A stretch of DNA of 29,138 nucleotides from a virus (taxonomy: Duplodnaviria; Caudoviricetes): the IMG/VR virus record IMGVR_UViG_3300028766_000027, positions 1 to 29,138 of that record. The stretch is one strand, 5' to 3'. Under the pieces are notes generated by a model. It was not told the DNA's origin. It saw only the letters and a list, made by a program, of their open reading frames with translations, and did not search any database. This document shows, in pieces, positions 8,107 through 14,478 of this stretch. The translations under genes were made by a program, and so were the position numbers. How positions within the stretch are numbered: position 1 is the first letter of the stretch; the number at the start of each line of letters is the position of its first letter.

Positions 8107-8994
8107 ATGAGCGAAGCGCCGATTGTCTATGACGGTTACTGCGGTTTAGGGGGATGGAGCGAAGGATTCCTCGCGGCCGGGTATCGATGTATCGGCTTCG
8201 ACATTGAGGCGCACGACTACGGCTCAGGCGGCTATCCCGGTGAACTGATCCTCCGCGACATGCGCCAGGTCCACGGCAGTCTGCTCAAGGATGCGGCGTG
8301 TCTGGTGTTCTCGCCGCCGTGCCAGGAGTACAGCTACATGGCGATGCCGTGGGAGAGAGGCAAGCAGATCGCGAGAGCGTTACAGGGGCAGGGCCAGTTT
8401 TCGGCTGGCTACCGCGGATCGCGCACTATCGAGCAGTTGAACGAGCTATTCAATGCCTGCTACCGCATCCAGCGTGAGGCTTGCGAAGCTGCCGGCCGCT
8501 ACATTCCGATGGTGATTGAGAACGTTCGCGGGGCGCAGAAGTGGGTGGGACGCGCGAAAGCTAACTATGGCAGCTTTTACCTTTGGGGCGACGTGGGCAT
8601 GGTCGACAACCGCGTGGTGGCGATTGTGGAGGGGAAGATACTGGGGCGGGGGATTGCACCAGTTCGGGCGCAGAAGCGCAACCCAGATGGCACCGCGCAC
8701 GGTACCGGCTCATGGTTTGCAATCGCAGACAGCAAAGAGCGCGGTGCCAATGCAGAGAAGGTTCCCGGCTTCCGCTTAGATGGCAGCGGCGGGTCGTTCC
8801 AGAGCGATGCGGTGAAGCAGCCGGGTATCGGCGGGATGCGCGAGAACGGCAAAGGCGATGCGTGGTTTCAGGACGGCGCGGCACGGCACGGCAGCAAGTC
8901 CAACTCCCGCAAGGCCGCATCCGCCATGATCGCCAAAATCCCACTGGCGCTATCGAGCTGTCTGGCGCATAGCTTCTATCCGGTTTCTCTGTGA
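8107..8994 (+). CDS. C5-cytosine DNA methyltransferase-like protein (atypical)
   Basis: Motif I DGYCGLGG, motif IV SPPCQEYS, motif VI IENV. AAGGAGG RBS before ATG 8107. Confidence 0.8.
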   Translation: MSEAPIVYDGYCGLGGWSEGFLAAGYRCIGFDIEAHDYGSGGYPGELILRDMRQVHGSLLKDAACLVFSPPCQEYSYMAMPWERGKQIARALQGQGQFSAGYRGSRTIEQLNELFNACYRIQREACEAAGRYIPMVIENVRGAQKWVGRAKANYGSFYLWGDVGMVDNRVVAIVEGKILGRGIAPVRAQKRNPDGTAHGTGSWFAIADSKERGANAEKVPGFRLDGSGGSFQSDAVKQPGIGGMRENGKGDAWFQDGAARHGSKSNSRKAASAMIAKIPLALSSCLAHSFYPVSL

Positions 8995-9287
8995 GCCCCC
9001 GCAAGATGCGAACAAAGTCAGCCTGGGGCGGAATGTTCCCAAAGCCAACCATCATCCGGCTCAAGGGCGATGCGCTCTCCAAACTACGGGAAGCCTGCTT
9101 CAAGCGTGATGGTGGGACCTGCGTTTGCTGTGGCCGGCCAGTCACCGACTCGGTTCCCGACTGGCATCCCCGGAAGTATGACATGATGCACAAGCGCAGC
9201 CGTGGGGCCGGCGGTGAGGACGTTCTGGACAACGTGGAGACAGGATGCCATGAGTGCCACATGCGCTTCCATACTGAGGGGCGATGA
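8991..9287 (+). CDS. HNH endonuclease
   Basis: RDGGTCVCCG...HKRSRGAGGED...NVETGCHECH. GTGA overlap with upstream gene. Confidence 0.88.
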   Translation: MSPRKMRTKSAWGGMFPKPTIIRLKGDALSKLREACFKRDGGTCVCCGRPVTDSVPDWHPRKYDMMHKRSRGAGGEDVLDNVETGCHECHMRFHTEGR

Positions 9288-9652
9288 GAGAGCGCATGGG
9301 TGAGCGGGCAGCGTGGACAGCCTTTGTCGAGGGTGGCTCCCCGGCTCGGGAAAACAAGTATGGCGCCGTGCGTTCCAACGGCTACGCATCCAAGCATGAG
9401 GCGGCAGCGGCGGTCAACTATCAGGCTCTCGCCCGCGCCGGAAAGATCAAAGACTATCAGGAGCAGATGCGGATTACCCTGGTGCCCGGAGACGGGAAGC
9501 TCAGGCCGGTTGTCTACGTGGCAGACTTCTATTACGTGGACCTTGACGGCACTCCGCACGTGGTTGACGCCAAGGGATACAAGACGGCCATCTACCGTCT
9601 CAAGAAGCGTCTTGCCGCTCTCCTGTTGGGCATCACCATCGAAGAAGTCTAA
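9284..9652 (+). CDS. DUF1064-family restriction-fold endonuclease
   Basis: NKYGA, YASKHEA, YVADFYY, VVDAKG..T..YRLKKRL. Confidence 0.85.
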   Translation: MRERMGERAAWTAFVEGGSPARENKYGAVRSNGYASKHEAAAAVNYQALARAGKIKDYQEQMRITLVPGDGKLRPVVYVADFYYVDLDGTPHVVDAKGYKTAIYRLKKRLAALLLGITIEEV

Positions 9653-10161
9653 GGCCAGAACGGTTCCAAATGTGCCGTTCCATTCCCCGGAGCGGGTCAC
9701 AGGAAAGACACACCGGGGGCAATTCCCCTCGGCATCTAGGGGATTGTCTGTGCTGTTCTTGCAGCTCTCTTGGGTTCTTATGGCGTCTGTTTTTGTTGAT
9801 GCCTTAATGGACCTGGACGTATTGCCCTTTGCTGGATCGACTACCAGCCCGGAGCCAGGCAAACCATCACCCCGATGGAACAGACTTTCAAAACCAAGAC
9901 AATCGACCGGGCGCCATGCCGGTCTGATCCCTTTCAGGCCCCTATACCTGAGATTGAACCTGCAATGCTTGTGCGGTCTGGACCTGGCTGCTCGCTCCTG
10001 TACGCTCCAGAGTCTCCGGGGAGGAAGTCACCATGCCGGAGAGCGGCCCAGGCGCACGAAAGCGGGAACCTTGACGAGATACGAATTGTCATGGGAACTG
10101 TTTTCATAAGCTCTTGGCAACAAAAGTGTAGCATGGCGAATCTGAATGGTGGTAAACTTTA

Positions 10162-10239
10162 TTTGCGGGGTGGTCCGTCTAACCACTCCACTGTTTTCGT
10201 GACTCTTGGCCGATAGCGAAACAACCGACACCCCGCAAA
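10162..10239 (+). ncRNA. Candidate structured small RNA (C4-antisense/attenuator-like)
   Basis: Closing stem TTTGCGGGGTG/CACCCCGCAAA with internal stems. Extended -10 TGGTAAACT at 10150-10158 upstream and a terminator downstream. Confidence 0.4.
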
Positions 10240-10247
10240 CTCTCTGG

Positions 10248-10277
10248 ACCGCCTCTTAGCCGGGGCGGTTTCTTTTT
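10248..10277 (+). terminator. Intrinsic terminator between convergent operons
   Basis: ACCGCCTC-TTAGCC-GGGGCGGT followed by TTCTTTTT. Confidence 0.75.
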
Positions 10278-10296
10278 GAATCTCCCCTGCCATGTT

Positions 10297-10326
10297 CGAA
10301 GCCTCCTTCGAAGCCTTTCGAAGCAC
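10297..10326. repeat. Three copies of TTCGAAGC
   Basis: ttcgaagcctcc-ttcgaagcct-ttcgaagc, each copy containing the palindrome TTCGAA. Confidence 0.8.
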
Positions 10327-10391
10327 CATTTAAACGTAAATATATCAACTAAATGCGCTAGTGGTCGCGGCCAAACCGAAGAAAGTGTACA

Positions 10392-10574
10392 CTATTGGCC
10401 TTCTAAAATCTGCGATGCCTTGATTTCTGCATCCCGCGCGATACCAAGCACCTCATTCAGTGCGCCAATCTGCGCCAGAGCGTTCAAGGTCGCCACGATG
10501 ATCTGAGTTTCATCCCGCTCATGGGCATCTTGCGACATGGCGCCAAGGCGCTGCTGCTGGAGTTGCATCTTCTC
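10392..10574 (-). repeat. Inverted copy of the portal 3' end (18523-18705)
   Basis: 183 nt with 15 mismatches by hand count; exact tracts of 53 and 38 nt. Confidence 0.95.
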
Positions 10575-10775
10575 AAGGGTTTTCACAACGAGTCGCTGCT
10601 GCTGCCAGGCAATGATCGCCGAACGGCAGGCCTCAAAGTCAGTCGCCGGAGCATTTAAGGCAGCGAGTTCAAGCCGCTCACATTCTCCAGAATGAAACTT
10701 GAGTAAATCGCGAAAGGTGAGCGAGTTCGCGAGGTCAGCATAGGAAATTGCCAGTTGCATCTCATCCGCTTGCAT
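10392..10775 (-). CDS. Chimeric head-gene paralog: post-portal protein N-terminus (68 aa) fused to portal C-terminus (60 aa)
   Basis: Hand alignment: aa 1-68 are 59/68 identical to 18909-19112; aa 68-127 are 59/60 identical to 18523-18702. GAGGAGG RBS and own stop codon. Confidence 0.9.
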   Translation of the reverse strand: MQADEMQLAISYADLANSLTFRDLLKFHSGECERLELAALNAPATDFEACRSAIIAWQQQRLVVKTLEKMQLQQQRLGAMSQDAHERDETQIIVATLNALAQIGALNEVLGIARDAEIKASQILEGQ

Positions 10776-10865
10776 ATTGCCTCCTCGTGGTAGATGGTTT
10801 GGTTGTAAAACGGATCTGGCGGGGTCTCAGAGGTGATGTCTTTCATGGTTTTTCCTGTCTTGCAA

Positions 10866-10972
10866 CGTTCGAGCGGCGGGGCGGGCGGCAATGGAAAGGG
10901 AACGAAAGCGCGGACCGTCTCCCCGGTTGTGGTTGACTGGAAATAGTCTCCGGTCTTGCGATGAATCGGCAT
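10866..10972 (-). pseudogene. 5' fragment of a Fic-family gene
   Basis: MPIHRKTGDYFQSTTTGETVRAFVPFPLPPAPPLE resembles the N-terminus of long Fic proteins. Similarity stops after ~35 aa and there is no HPFxDGNGR motif. Confidence 0.65.
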
Positions 10973-11065
10973 CGGGCTAATGCAAAGTTCCTTTCATAGC
11001 CTGTTCTGCAATGAAAAGATAACGCATTACTGGGTCTTTCCATGACCTTTTGGATGGTTTTTCCA

Positions 11066-11251
11066 TCATTCCACCGATTGTACTTCCAATTGATACATCT
11101 CTTCCACGCGGTGCGGATGTTGGGAGTTATGGAAAATGTTGACCGCTCCACACCCAGGACAGGTGATTTTAGCGCTGAACGGGACTGCGGATACGGTAAG
11201 CTGTTTATGGCAGTGCATACATGCGGAAATCCAACCAGATTCAAACCTCAT
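11066..11251 (-). CDS. Small zinc-ribbon protein (61 aa)
   Basis: CMHC...CPGC. TAATG coupling to the upstream ORF and AAAGGG RBS. Confidence 0.7.
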   Translation of the reverse strand: MRFESGWISACMHCHKQLTVSAVPFSAKITCPGCGAVNIFHNSQHPHRVEEMYQLEVQSVE

Positions 11252-11670
11252 TATGCCCTTTCTCTTAGGAGCGTAGATCGGCATCTATTGAAAGCCGAGC
11301 TAAGGAAAGCCGGGATATCGGAGCAGGAGTTTTGCGACGCGTAGGGAAAGCGCTCGCAGGCTACAAGTTCGGGACTTTCGACTCGGAACGTCTCCTGTTC
11401 CCATCTATCATCAGCGGATCTATCACATGGAACAGATTCTGACAGAAACTGCCCCAGGCGAACCATTAACACCGACTGGATAGCGTCCCTGATATTGCGG
11501 TTTGCTTCTGCCTTTGTCTTTCCCTGTGACATGCATCCCGGGAGCTGCAAGCATTCGGCGACGATATAGCCATCTTCGCCCTGCCTAAAGACAACCGTTA
11601 GGACGGAACCTGGATACACATCTTCGGTCTTATTGTCGTTTCGACAAGAGCCTGCGAGAAAATCAATCAT
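11251..11670 (-). CDS. hicB: HicB-family antitoxin with aberrant C-terminal extension
   Basis: VVFRQGEDGYIVAECLQLPGCMSQGKTKAEANRNIRDAI is the HicB N-domain pattern. ATGA coupling at 11670. Confidence 0.85.
   Translation of the reverse strand: MIDFLAGSCRNDNKTEDVYPGSVLTVVFRQGEDGYIVAECLQLPGCMSQGKTKAEANRNIRDAIQSVLMVRLGQFLSESVPCDRSADDRWEQETFRVESPELVACERFPYASQNSCSDIPAFLSSAFNRCRSTLLRERA
11267..11344 (+). pseudogene. Inverted 3' remnant of a HicA-like toxin
   Basis: RSVDRHLLKAELRKAGISEQEFCDA* resembles HicA C-termini (L..IL+.AG+S.+EF). No GSH catalytic motif or start upstream. Confidence 0.55.
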
Positions 11671-11747
11671 AGGCACCATCCGATGACGAGCCCGGCCACG
11701 ATGAGGACGGCCAGCACGTAAGGGTCAAACTGCATCCTGGTGTTCAT
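11667..11747 (-). CDS. 26-aa membrane peptide
   Basis: MNTRMQFDPYVLAVLIVAGLVIGWCL, with ATGA overlaps at both ends. Confidence 0.55.
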   Translation of the reverse strand: MNTRMQFDPYVLAVLIVAGLVIGWCL

Positions 11748-11929
11748 TGGCTTGCCTTCTCCAGCTTAGTCGCGGCCACTACATCCTCAGTTTCGGGGCG
11801 GGTGGGTTCGGCCATCTTGCCGCCGTATTGGGCGCCGGGCCCGCAGCCGTATAGTTTGCTTGTGACGTGCGTCCAAAGGCCGAACCAATCAGCCTGCTCG
11901 ATTTCTTTACCGCAATTCGCGCAATTCAT
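11744..11929 (-). CDS. Small Cys/His hypothetical protein
   Basis: CANC...WTH...C; ATGA coupling. Confidence 0.65.
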   Translation of the reverse strand: MNCANCGKEIEQADWFGLWTHVTSKLYGCGPGAQYGGKMAEPTRPETEDVVAATKLEKASQ

Positions 11930-12111
11930 AGCTTCACCTTCCTGTTATTGAGAAACGTTGTTATTTCCGTCCTGGAGAGTCGGTAGCTTTTCCCGATCTT
12001 GCGCCTCGGCAGCTTTCCGGCCTTGATCCAGCGCAATATCGTCATGGGATTGAGCTGCAAAAGCTCTGCGGATTGGGCTACAGTCATCCATTCCTGAGGT
12101 TTGGTGATCAT
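11926..12111 (-). CDS. Excisionase-like HTH_17/MerR-type DNA-binding protein
   Basis: WMTVAQSAELLQLNPMTILRWIKAGKLP..KIGKSYRL; AAAGG RBS. Confidence 0.9.
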   Translation of the reverse strand: MITKPQEWMTVAQSAELLQLNPMTILRWIKAGKLPRRKIGKSYRLSRTEITTFLNNRKVKL

Positions 12112-12165
12112 GGGGTACCTTTCATGTTGCCGACGCGCTGTGAGGCATCTGGGAGCCGTGGTGGT

Positions 12166-12405
12166 TTAGGGTGCTTTCCTGCCTTCCATGAGCCACTCCC
12201 CATCGGTAAGAGGCTCGATGAGTGTGTATCCTCCCCGGTCTCCCCGGCGATGAATCTCGAACCGTTCCGGCGCGAGGTAATCGTTATCAGGTCCCAGCCG
12301 AATGTAATCATCGGCAAGCTGTAGTGCTTCAAGCTGTGAATAGACCGCTCCAAGGATTTGAAAGACGCCATCCGCTCCAGTTGCAATCAAGATTCCGTAT
12401 TCCAT
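12166..12405 (-). CDS. Hypothetical protein
   Basis: AGGAG RBS before ATG 12405; protein-like composition. Confidence 0.6.
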   Translation of the reverse strand: MEYGILIATGADGVFQILGAVYSQLEALQLADDYIRLGPDNDYLAPERFEIHRRGDRGGYTLIEPLTDGEWLMEGRKAP

Positions 12406-12490
12406 TTGCCAGATCTCCTGCCCCACATCTCCGTGAGCGGTTCATGTGCGCGTTTAGTGTGATATTGCACTGCGGTTGAACTGCGAATCG

Positions 12491-12628
12491 TTAGCGGACT
12501 GCATAACGGGCGAAGTTGATGCGGAGATTAGCCGTGTGCTCAAATTGGCGCCGGAGCATATCATCCAGTTTGGATTCAAGTTCTGACTTGCTCAGCCCGG
12601 TATAAGGATTCCTGATCGCTGTCTGCAT
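12491..12628 (-). CDS. 45-aa hypothetical protein
   Basis: MQTAIRNPYTGLSKSELESKLDDMLRRQFEH...; GAGGAG RBS just after a promoter. Below the ORF-track cutoff. Confidence 0.6.
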   Translation of the reverse strand: MQTAIRNPYTGLSKSELESKLDDMLRRQFEHTANLRINFARYAVR

Positions 12629-12654
12629 CGCCGTTTCTCCTCTGAACTGAATCC

Positions 12655-12683
12655 ACTATAATCTATATGTATTCCAATGTAAA
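12655..12683 (-). promoter_or_regulatory. Leftward sigma70 promoter of the accessory operon
   Basis: TTTACA-N17-TATAGT on the minus strand in an AT-rich divergent gap. Confidence 0.75.
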
Positions 12684-12736
12684 GTAAAATATGCAAATGT
12701 TATCAAACTATCACAAACATGCACATATGAAAGGGC

Positions 12737-12764
12737 TTGACACGTTGAATACAAGGGGTACAAG
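12737..12764 (+). promoter_or_regulatory. Candidate rightward promoter for terS
   Basis: TTGACA-N16-TACAAG; -10 is imperfect. Confidence 0.4.
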
Positions 12765-12778
12765 GCTCTTAAAGGTTT

Positions 12779-13294
12779 ATGCTATCTCTAGATATATATA
12801 ACGATCAGGAGGATGGCTTGAGCTACGACGATATGCTGAATGCTATGGATGAAGAGAAATTAGGACCCGAATCAGTCCTAGAACTCCGAAAGACACGCCT
12901 CGTTGAGGGCATAGTCGATGGGAAGACGGCCTCTCAAGCAGCGCTCGAGGCTGGTTTCGGCTCCGGGGCAAGCAGAACTCCTTGGAAATTGATCCCTCCA
13001 GACGAGATGCGGGCAAGATTCCAGCAAATCGCTGAAAGGCAAGGTCTTACGCTTGATCGCATCGGAAATAAGATAGTTGAACATTTGGACGCCCGAGCGA
13101 ACCAAACGCTTGAGGGCAAAGAGGTTGTGCAGTCGGACGCGCCTGATTACAAGGTGCAGCAAAAGGCTATAGATCAGCTCACCGGGCTGCTTGGAATGCA
13201 GGATGCGGCTAAGGCGATGCATGCCGGATCGAGTATCACGCTGAGCGTATCTGGGCCAGCTGCTGAGCGCCTGGCGGCTATGCTGGGTGAGTAG
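12779..13294 (+). CDS. terS: Terminase small subunit (putative)
   Basis: GKTASQAALEAGF HTH motif, D..VQQKAIDQLTGLLG helix, and position upstream of terL. Confidence 0.7.
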   Translation: MLSLDIYNDQEDGLSYDDMLNAMDEEKLGPESVLELRKTRLVEGIVDGKTASQAALEAGFGSGASRTPWKLIPPDEMRARFQQIAERQGLTLDRIGNKIVEHLDARANQTLEGKEVVQSDAPDYKVQQKAIDQLTGLLGMQDAAKAMHAGSSITLSVSGPAAERLAAMLGE

Positions 13295-13296
13295 TA

Positions 13297-13337
13297 ATGT
13301 GAGCATTGTACACACCCTCTGTGTACAATGCTCACAT
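13297..13337. repeat. Perfect 17-bp inverted repeat overlapping a -10 box and a start codon
   Basis: ATGTGAGCATTGTACAC-accctct-GTGTACAATGCTCACAT. Confidence 0.9.
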
Positions 13338-13593
13338 GGGCAAGACAAGCGTTCCGGCGTGGCGATGTGATCAATGCGGCTACTCGTGGATTATGACCGA
13401 GCTGTACCCGTCGCATTGCGCGTCCAGGGCCTGCCGATCTCGCAGATGGGATAAGGGTGCAAAGCCCAGCACGCCTCACGTGCCTGCTGCTGCGCCGGCC
13501 AAGGCTGAATGGTCCTGTCGGCACTGCGGAGCCACCGGACGCGTCCTGCACGGCGACAAGCCTGTTTGCGCACGCTGCCTCAAGCCTGTCTAG
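13336..13593 (+). CDS. Zinc-finger protein, probably leaderless
   Basis: CDQCGYSW...PSHCASRACRSRRWD and CRHC...CARC. TACAAT lies 6 nt before the ATG. Confidence 0.7.
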   Translation: MGKTSVPAWRCDQCGYSWIMTELYPSHCASRACRSRRWDKGAKPSTPHVPAAAPAKAEWSCRHCGATGRVLHGDKPVCARCLKPV

Positions 13594-13818
13594 CTAATCC
13601 ACCCTCGCTCCTCCAATCCTCCACCACTCAACACCACAGCTACGCTCGAACTGAGCGGCGGCGCGACTGCGTTTGCGCGGAAGGTTGGAGTCCCAAGCCG
13701 AGGCGCCGGGGTGGCCCGACCCTGCCGGGGGTACTGGTGGCGGGAGTCGGCGGCACATGGTCACGCCCGCGACATAGAAAATTCTGGACAAAAACTGAGG
13801 CGGTGTTACACTTGTCAC

Positions 13819-14091
13819 ATGGACCTAAATATTCGCAACGTTGACCCTGATCTAGTGAAGGCGCTGAAGGCTTTCGCATTGTCGCGCGATCTGACTCTTC
13901 GCGACTTCTGCCTATCGTCGCTGCGCACCGCGGTGATTATCCACGAGGAGCCTAAGAATGGTTGTGTGAAGTGTGGTTCGCCGGGGCATGACGAGTCGGG
14001 CTGCATGAATGGCGACCGCACGTATAAGGGACTTCGGGATGTAGAACAAGAGGCTTGGAGGAAACTTCATAGAAACGCCTCGCCATTCTAG
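13819..14091 (+). CDS. Ribbon-helix-helix (Arc/FitA-like) regulator with C-terminal zinc knuckle
   Basis: LNIRNVDPDLVKALKAFA...TLRDFCLSSL and CVKCGSPGH...C. TGGACA-N16-TACACT ends 6 nt before the ATG (leaderless). Confidence 0.75.
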   Translation: MDLNIRNVDPDLVKALKAFALSRDLTLRDFCLSSLRTAVIIHEEPKNGCVKCGSPGHDESGCMNGDRTYKGLRDVEQEAWRKLHRNASPF

Positions 14092-14113
14092 CTCCACGCG
14101 CGCCACAAAAAAA

Positions 14114-14142
14114 TTACCACCAAAACCGGGAGCGGTTATGAT
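14114..14142 (+). promoter_or_regulatory. Candidate promoter for the terL operon
   Basis: TTACCA-N17-TATGAT, then GAGGTG RBS. Confidence 0.5.
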
Positions 14143-14158
14143 GCTCTTGAGGTGACGC

Positions 14159-14368
14159 ATGGCAAGATTGACAGCAGCGCGGCGTAACGCACTCCCCGAT
14201 TCAGCATTCGCGGGACCGAATCGCACATATCCGATTCCAGACAAGAGCCACGGTATAGCCGCGGAGCGTATGGGACGCCCGAGTCCGCAATTGAGGGCAA
14301 GCATTGACGCAAAGGTTGCGAAGAAGTTCCCAGGCCTTGGCGACGCTGTGCGGAGCATGAAGAAATGA
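14159..14368 (+). CDS. DUF6582-like small basic protein
   Basis: LTAARRNALPDSAFAGP.RTYPIPDKSH motif; family assignment recalled from memory. Confidence 0.65.
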   Translation: MARLTAARRNALPDSAFAGPNRTYPIPDKSHGIAAERMGRPSPQLRASIDAKVAKKFPGLGDAVRSMKK

Positions 14369-14478
14369 TTTATCTAGCCGAGTTGATAGTGGCGGCGTGC
14401 ATCCTTGGCTTTGTGGGACTGATTCTCGCTGGCATAGCCTCGAATATCGCGGGGAAAATAGCTGATCGGTTGCGCTAG
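14365..14478 (+). CDS. 37-aa membrane peptide
   Basis: MIYLAELIVAACILGFVGLILAGIASNIAGKIADRLR. ATGA overlap upstream and TAGTG overlap with the terL start. Confidence 0.6.
   Translation: MIYLAELIVAACILGFVGLILAGIASNIAGKIADRLR

Noticed and set aside
8561-9862. 433-aa minus-strand ORF
   Set aside because: Overlaps three well-supported plus-strand genes; no RBS or motifs.
9300-10216. Plus-strand ORFs of 269 and 113 aa
   Set aside because: Out-of-frame overlap with DUF1064 or no RBS; low-complexity R/S/P composition.
10392-10775. DGR template/variable repeat or assembly artefact as explanation of the duplicate
   Set aside because: Differences are mostly third-position and not adenine-specific, and there is no reverse transcriptase in the window. 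The divergence is too high and too codon-structured for a mis-assembly.
11042-11344. Intact 100-aa hicA toxin gene
   Set aside because: Only the last ~25 aa look HicA-like; the rest is antisense to the Zn-ribbon gene and lacks the catalytic GSH motif.
11926-12111. att site or integrase next to the xis-like gene
   Set aside because: No integrase, tRNA or att-like repeat found in the window; temperate lifestyle is not proven here.
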